The notes under the pieces were generated by a model, which saw only the letters and a list, made by a program, of their open reading frames with translations, ran no database searches and was not told the origin of the DNA. From Octopus sinensis (taxonomy: Eukaryota), in NCBI RefSeq assembly GCF_006345805.1, contig NC_042998.1, forward strand, positions 146,134,001-146,198,000: a stretch of DNA of 64,000 nucleotides, written 5' to 3'. A program made the translations under genes and the position numbers. Positions 63,560 through 64,000 of the stretch are shown piece after piece (the stretch's first letter is position 1; every line of letters starts with the position of its first letter).

Positions 63560-64000
63560 AAGTTAGAACAACAGAGTTAGAAACATTGTGCTTTAGATTT
63601 CCTGCAGTGTTCCTGATCTGGTTGATCGGGGTAAAGTGTTCAGCAGTAGTCAGCCAGCATACTACCATTCCAGAAGCCTTGGTACCGTTTCTCCATAGCA
63701 CTAATGTCTTGGTGAAATCTTTCACTATGTTCATCAGACACTGCTCCAAGGTTGCCTATGAAGAAATCCAGATGGGAGTCCAAGAAGTGAGCATTCAGTG
63801 ACATGTGACAACCCATTGCTGAGTAACATTTCAGAAGATTCTCGATACCATCCTTGTAGTCCATTACCTTCTTGTTTCCCAAGAAATTTTCACAGATCCA
63901 ATTGTAAAGCATTCCAGGCAGGCAGTTCCAGTTCATCCAGTGTTGTCTTGAAGTTGACATCTTTGAGTTCTCTAATTTGGGGTCCGACAAAGATACTCTC
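63560..64000 (-). mobile_element. DNA transposase C-terminal fragment, Chapaev3/CMC-like; runs off the window end
   Basis: FLGN..K...LL..Y..MGC.MSL..HFLDSHLDFF..NLGAVSDEH.ERFHQDI..MEKRYQG.W...MLADYC*. Family name is from memory of this motif. Confidence 0.6.

Overview
Repeat-rich, AT-rich animal genomic DNA. The SINE families, RTE LINE 3' tails and microsatellite load point to a coleoid cephalopod, probably Octopus (inference). One clear host gene is present: MOB1 (Hippo-pathway MOB kinase activator) on the + strand, with coding exons at 27011-27177, 35237-35464 and 37365-37606. Its short first coding exon (14 nt expected) was not found in the window. A second, unrecognised gene is proposed on the - strand (candidate exons at about 57050-57149, 54275-54521, 47462-47758 and 46986-47042). 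It would encode a small single-pass membrane protein, and the simplest splice model has an in-frame TGA. The rest is mostly mobile DNA: two Penelope-like elements with inverted pseudo-LTRs and hammerhead ribozyme motifs, several short hammerhead-bearing relics, a young CR1 LINE, RTE LINEs, mariner copies, hAT and piggyBac-type MITEs, two probable solo LTRs, a Chapaev-like transposase fragment and many tRNA-derived SINEs. There is also a 1.8-kb purine-pyrimidine microsatellite, an interstitial telomeric array, and an unusual ~1.1-kb element with a 141-nt hairpin built from repeated tandem G.A mismatches. All structure, splice and family assignments were made by eye; no searches were run.
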